A stretch of DNA of 28,573 bases from a virus (taxonomy: Duplodnaviria > Caudoviricetes): the IMG/VR virus record IMGVR_UViG_3300032373_001175, positions 1 through 28,573 of that record. One strand, written 5' to 3'. The position numbers were made by a program, and so were the translations under genes. The notes beneath the pieces are model-generated. The model did no database searches and had not been told where the DNA came from. It saw nothing but the letters and a program-made list of their open reading frames with translations. Positions 25,800-28,573 of this stretch are shown piece after piece. The first letter of the stretch is position 1. Every line of letters starts with the position of its first letter.

Positions 25800-26882
25800 T
25801 CATGTTCCTAGTTCTGCCTCACCTTCCTTCAAGCATCTACCAAGTTGAGACCTATATGTTCCTTTGGCTTTTTCTTCGTATTTTTCTTTCCATTCTTCTA
25901 TGCTGTCACACCCCGTCGGAACTATGGCAACACCATGGTCAAACATAAATTTTGCCTCAAACACTTCTTCAGGAGCTTTTTCATACCATTCATCATGTGA
26001 ATAATATTTCTTGGGAACGTGTATAGCACCAAATGCTGGCTTCATTTGCCCTTGTAAAAATTGATAAGCAAAAGCATGAGCTCCAATTTTATAACGAAGA
26101 TTTACCAGCTCTTGATAGGATTCTCTTTCTGGATGTAGAGCATCCCATTTTTTACGTTTTATCATTTTACCACTAGATAGGATCCACTCTTCATCTTCTA
26201 CAGCAAAAGCTGGAAGGTTAATATGGTGCCAATCACTAGATTTCTGCAATATATGACCACATAAATCATTTTCATGCAGGCGCTGCATAACAATAATAAT
26301 TGCACCATCATGCTTGTCATTAAGGCGCTGATAAATGTTCTGATCAAACGTCAGGTTAACGTTCTTGCGTTCAGACTCATCCATAGCTTTTGAGGTGCTA
26401 ATTGGATCATCAATAATAACTACATCAGCTCCCACACCAGTAAGCGACGTTTCCATGCAGGCACTTTTGCGAAAACCGCCAAATTGCGTTGATATTCTTC
26501 TGGAAGATTGTGAATATGCAATTTGAGAAAAGAGAGCTCTGTAACGATTAGATTTAACCAGCCTGTAAAAATTATCTTCAAGATCTGATCCTAAATCATT
26601 GCTACCAGTAATGCATAAAATATTCTTGGTTGGATCGCGCCCTAACACCCATGCAGGAAATGATATGCTTGCGCAGTGAGATTTTAACATCCTAGGTGGC
26701 AAGTTAATAATAAGGCGTTTTATTGCGCCAGATTCAACTTTAGCCAAAGCTTCTGCAATAACATTAATATGCCAGTTGTGAGTGTACTTAATATGAGGAT
26801 TCAGCTCATTAAACGCAAACTGAGTAAAGCTGCAGAAATCATGTTTATAGAGTTTCTGCATATCTTCAGGAGTTATTTTCAT
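25800..26882 (-). CDS. Terminase large subunit-like ATPase domain, lacking the C-terminal nuclease
   Basis: RLIINLPPRMLKS (Walker A variant), LTG.GAD..IIDDP (Walker B), IIIVMQRLHE.DL.G and F.YQ..Q, then about 80 aa with no recognisable RNase H-like motifs. GGAGG RBS before ATG 26882/26885. Confidence 0.8.
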   Translation of the reverse strand: MKITPEDMQKLYKHDFCSFTQFAFNELNPHIKYTHNWHINVIAEALAKVESGAIKRLIINLPPRMLKSHCASISFPAWVLGRDPTKNILCITGSNDLGSDLEDNFYRLVKSNRYRALFSQIAYSQSSRRISTQFGGFRKSACMETSLTGVGADVVIIDDPISTSKAMDESERKNVNLTFDQNIYQRLNDKHDGAIIIVMQRLHENDLCGHILQKSSDWHHINLPAFAVEDEEWILSSGKMIKRKKWDALHPERESYQELVNLRYKIGAHAFAYQFLQGQMKPAFGAIHVPKKYYSHDEWYEKAPEEVFEAKFMFDHGVAIVPTGCDSIEEWKEKYEEKAKGTYRSQLGRCLKEGEAELGT

Positions 26883-27252
26883 CATCACCTCCATCATTAT
26901 ATTGGGACATTATAGATTTAAGGACAGCCTCATCCTCAGGCATAATTTCAAAATCAGGTACTTCATCAATTTCTCCCTCTAGTTTTAAAGCTATTTTAGC
27001 CATAGATGCATTGCCTTTGATGCCAAGGTTATAAATTTGATCTATAAGAAGTTGTCTTTTGGTTTTGTTGATCATCTGACCATTTGCCCCCTTGACCCGA
27101 ACTTTAGTGCTTGAAACAGATCTAATATCATCCTGAAAGGTATTAGGCTTTTTCTTAGGTCTGCCTTTTGAGTTACAAGATTGCCCTTTTGTGAACTGTC
27201 TGGACTTAGGTGGCTTGCCGTAACCAACTTTATAATCATCATTATTACTCAT
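26866..27252 (-). CDS. DUF5681-family protein (TerS-position gene)
   Basis: Y.VGYGKPP...QF.KGQS.N.KGRPK motif; AGGAGG RBS before ATG 27252. Confidence 0.8.
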   Translation of the reverse strand: MSNNDDYKVGYGKPPKSRQFTKGQSCNSKGRPKKKPNTFQDDIRSVSSTKVRVKGANGQMINKTKRQLLIDQIYNLGIKGNASMAKIALKLEGEIDEVPDFEIMPEDEAVLKSIMSQYNDGGDDENNS

Positions 27253-28573
27253 GGTCACCTCCTTGAACTTCTACAGCTAGTTCGTTGAATGTTTTACCGG
27301 ACTCTGCATGCACAGCATTCTTACCGGTTTTCTGCTGCCAGCGCCTGATGGCTGTATCAACATATTTAGGATCAATTTCTATGCCATAACAAATACGTCC
27401 AACACGTTCTGCAGCTATAAGGGTGGAGCCACTACCAAGGAACGCATCCAGAATAATTTCTCCGCGTTTTGAGCAATCCATAATCGCATCTGCAATCATG
27501 GCAACAGGTTTGACTGTGGGGTGCATTTCTAGGTCAGATTGATTCCTGCCGAAGCTGTTGACTCCAGCATAGTCCCAAACATTAGTGCGGTAGCGACCAT
27601 GCTTGCCAAGTTCAATATTGTTAATATGAGCTTTGGTTCCATGTTTAAATACAGTGATCATCTCATATTTTGAACGGTATAGACTGCCCATACCGCCATT
27701 ATTTTTATTCCAGATGCAGATATTTTTAAGTTCGGTATAGATAGATTTTCCTGTAACTAATAATTTATCAACTCCACGCCAATCGATGCAAATGTAATGC
27801 AATGAACCATCATGACTAAAATCACAAACCTGCTTACAGAAATCATTTAAGAACTGCTGGAATTGCTCCTCAGTCATCTCACCGGATGCCATAGAAAATT
27901 CTGAATGTTTAACTTTTCCATTACCACAAACATGACCATCTATTGGTACATTATAAGGCGGATCTGTGAAGATCATACGGGCTTTTTTGCTCTGCATAAG
28001 ATCAGTATAGGTTTGTAGCTTTAATGAATCACCACATATCAAACGATGTTTCCCCAACTGCCAAATATCACCAAGTTTTGTAATAGTTACTGCATCATTA
28101 ATTTCAGGAATTTCATCCGCAGGATCAGTCTCAATAATATCAACACCATCAATGATGATATCAATCTCTGCCATTTCAAAACCTGTAATTTCAAGTTCAA
28201 GACCTGGATCAAGTGATGATAAATGCTGAAACTCAATTGCTAGAAGCTCCGTATCCCAACCAGCATTCTCTGCAATTTTATTATCAGCAATGATATATGC
28301 ACGAATTTGACCATCAGTCAGATTCTCAAGACAAAGTGTTGGAACTTCTTTAATGCCCAATTTCTTCGCGGCCATAACACGACCATGACCCGCAATAATG
28401 CGATTATTTTTATCTATTAAAACTGGGGTGGTAAAACCAAACTCAATTATGCTATTAGCAATCTGCTGCACCTGCTTCGGTGAATGCGTACGAGCATTAT
28501 TTTTGTAGAGCTTTAGAACAGTAGTCGGCTTTAGTATGATCTGATGGTCAGTTTTTTTATATATACTAGTCAT
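27245..28573 (-). CDS. Second ParB-N-domain-fused N6A/N4C DNA methyltransferase
   Basis: NARTHS..Q..QIA.SI.EFGF..P, IIAGHGR and YIIADN; MTase motifs TDPPYN, HPTVKPV and DAFLGSGST. Confidence 0.92.
   Translation of the reverse strand: MTSIYKKTDHQIILKPTTVLKLYKNNARTHSPKQVQQIANSIIEFGFTTPVLIDKNNRIIAGHGRVMAAKKLGIKEVPTLCLENLTDGQIRAYIIADNKIAENAGWDTELLAIEFQHLSSLDPGLELEITGFEMAEIDIIIDGVDIIETDPADEIPEINDAVTITKLGDIWQLGKHRLICGDSLKLQTYTDLMQSKKARMIFTDPPYNVPIDGHVCGNGKVKHSEFSMASGEMTEEQFQQFLNDFCKQVCDFSHDGSLHYICIDWRGVDKLLVTGKSIYTELKNICIWNKNNGGMGSLYRSKYEMITVFKHGTKAHINNIELGKHGRYRTNVWDYAGVNSFGRNQSDLEMHPTVKPVAMIADAIMDCSKRGEIILDAFLGSGSTLIAAERVGRICYGIEIDPKYVDTAIRRWQQKTGKNAVHAESGKTFNELAVEVQGGDHE

Larger units (their letters stand above)
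23296..28573 (-). mobile_element. Second, AT-rich integrative element (ParB-MTase, DUF5681, TerL-ATPase, DUF2924, serine recombinase); continues beyond the window
   Basis: Co-oriented genes with a base composition distinct from the prophage, ending in a large serine recombinase and a terminator. Confidence 0.75.

Noticed and set aside
25800-26060. Frameshifted TerL nuclease domain
   Set aside because: The remaining distance to DUF2924 is too short for an RNase H-like domain, and the ORF track shows no alternative long frame there.
1-28573. CRISPR array, IS element, diversity-generating retroelement, rRNA
   Set aside because: I saw no regularly spaced repeats, transposase, reverse transcriptase or rRNA-like sequence. 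A long imperfect repeat could be missed by eye.

Overview
The window holds three blocks. (1) About 271-20861, minus strand: an apparently intact siphovirus-type late operon. In transcription order it has a gpZ-like gene, a lambda-like cos region, a ParB-fused adenine/N4-C methyltransferase, an antisense DUF3489-like wHTH gene, TerS and gpA-type TerL, a gpW-like gene, a lambda-type portal, a protease-capsid fusion, DUF2190, head-tail connectors, the tail tube, tail chaperones with a -1 frameshift, the tape measure, an RcGTA g12-g15-like baseplate, DUF2793 and a lysis cassette with a GH24 lysozyme. The gene families point to an alphaproteobacterial host (inference). (2) 20907-23102: an AT-richer convergent type II restriction-modification pair, a NotI-family endonuclease and a C5 methyltransferase. 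At about 23192-23295 there is a probable att junction: a tRNA-like 3' end fused to an orphan reading-frame tail ending in the ssrA-like degron LAA. (3) 23471-28573, minus strand, AT-rich: a second element encoding a ParB-methyltransferase, DUF5681, a TerL ATPase with no nuclease domain, DUF2924 and a large serine recombinase. The main leads are a possible integration-dependent degron switch, a possible packaging-parasite or defence element next to the prophage, and the apparent absence of CGGCCG from the window. All family calls come from motif recognition by eye; no database searches were run.
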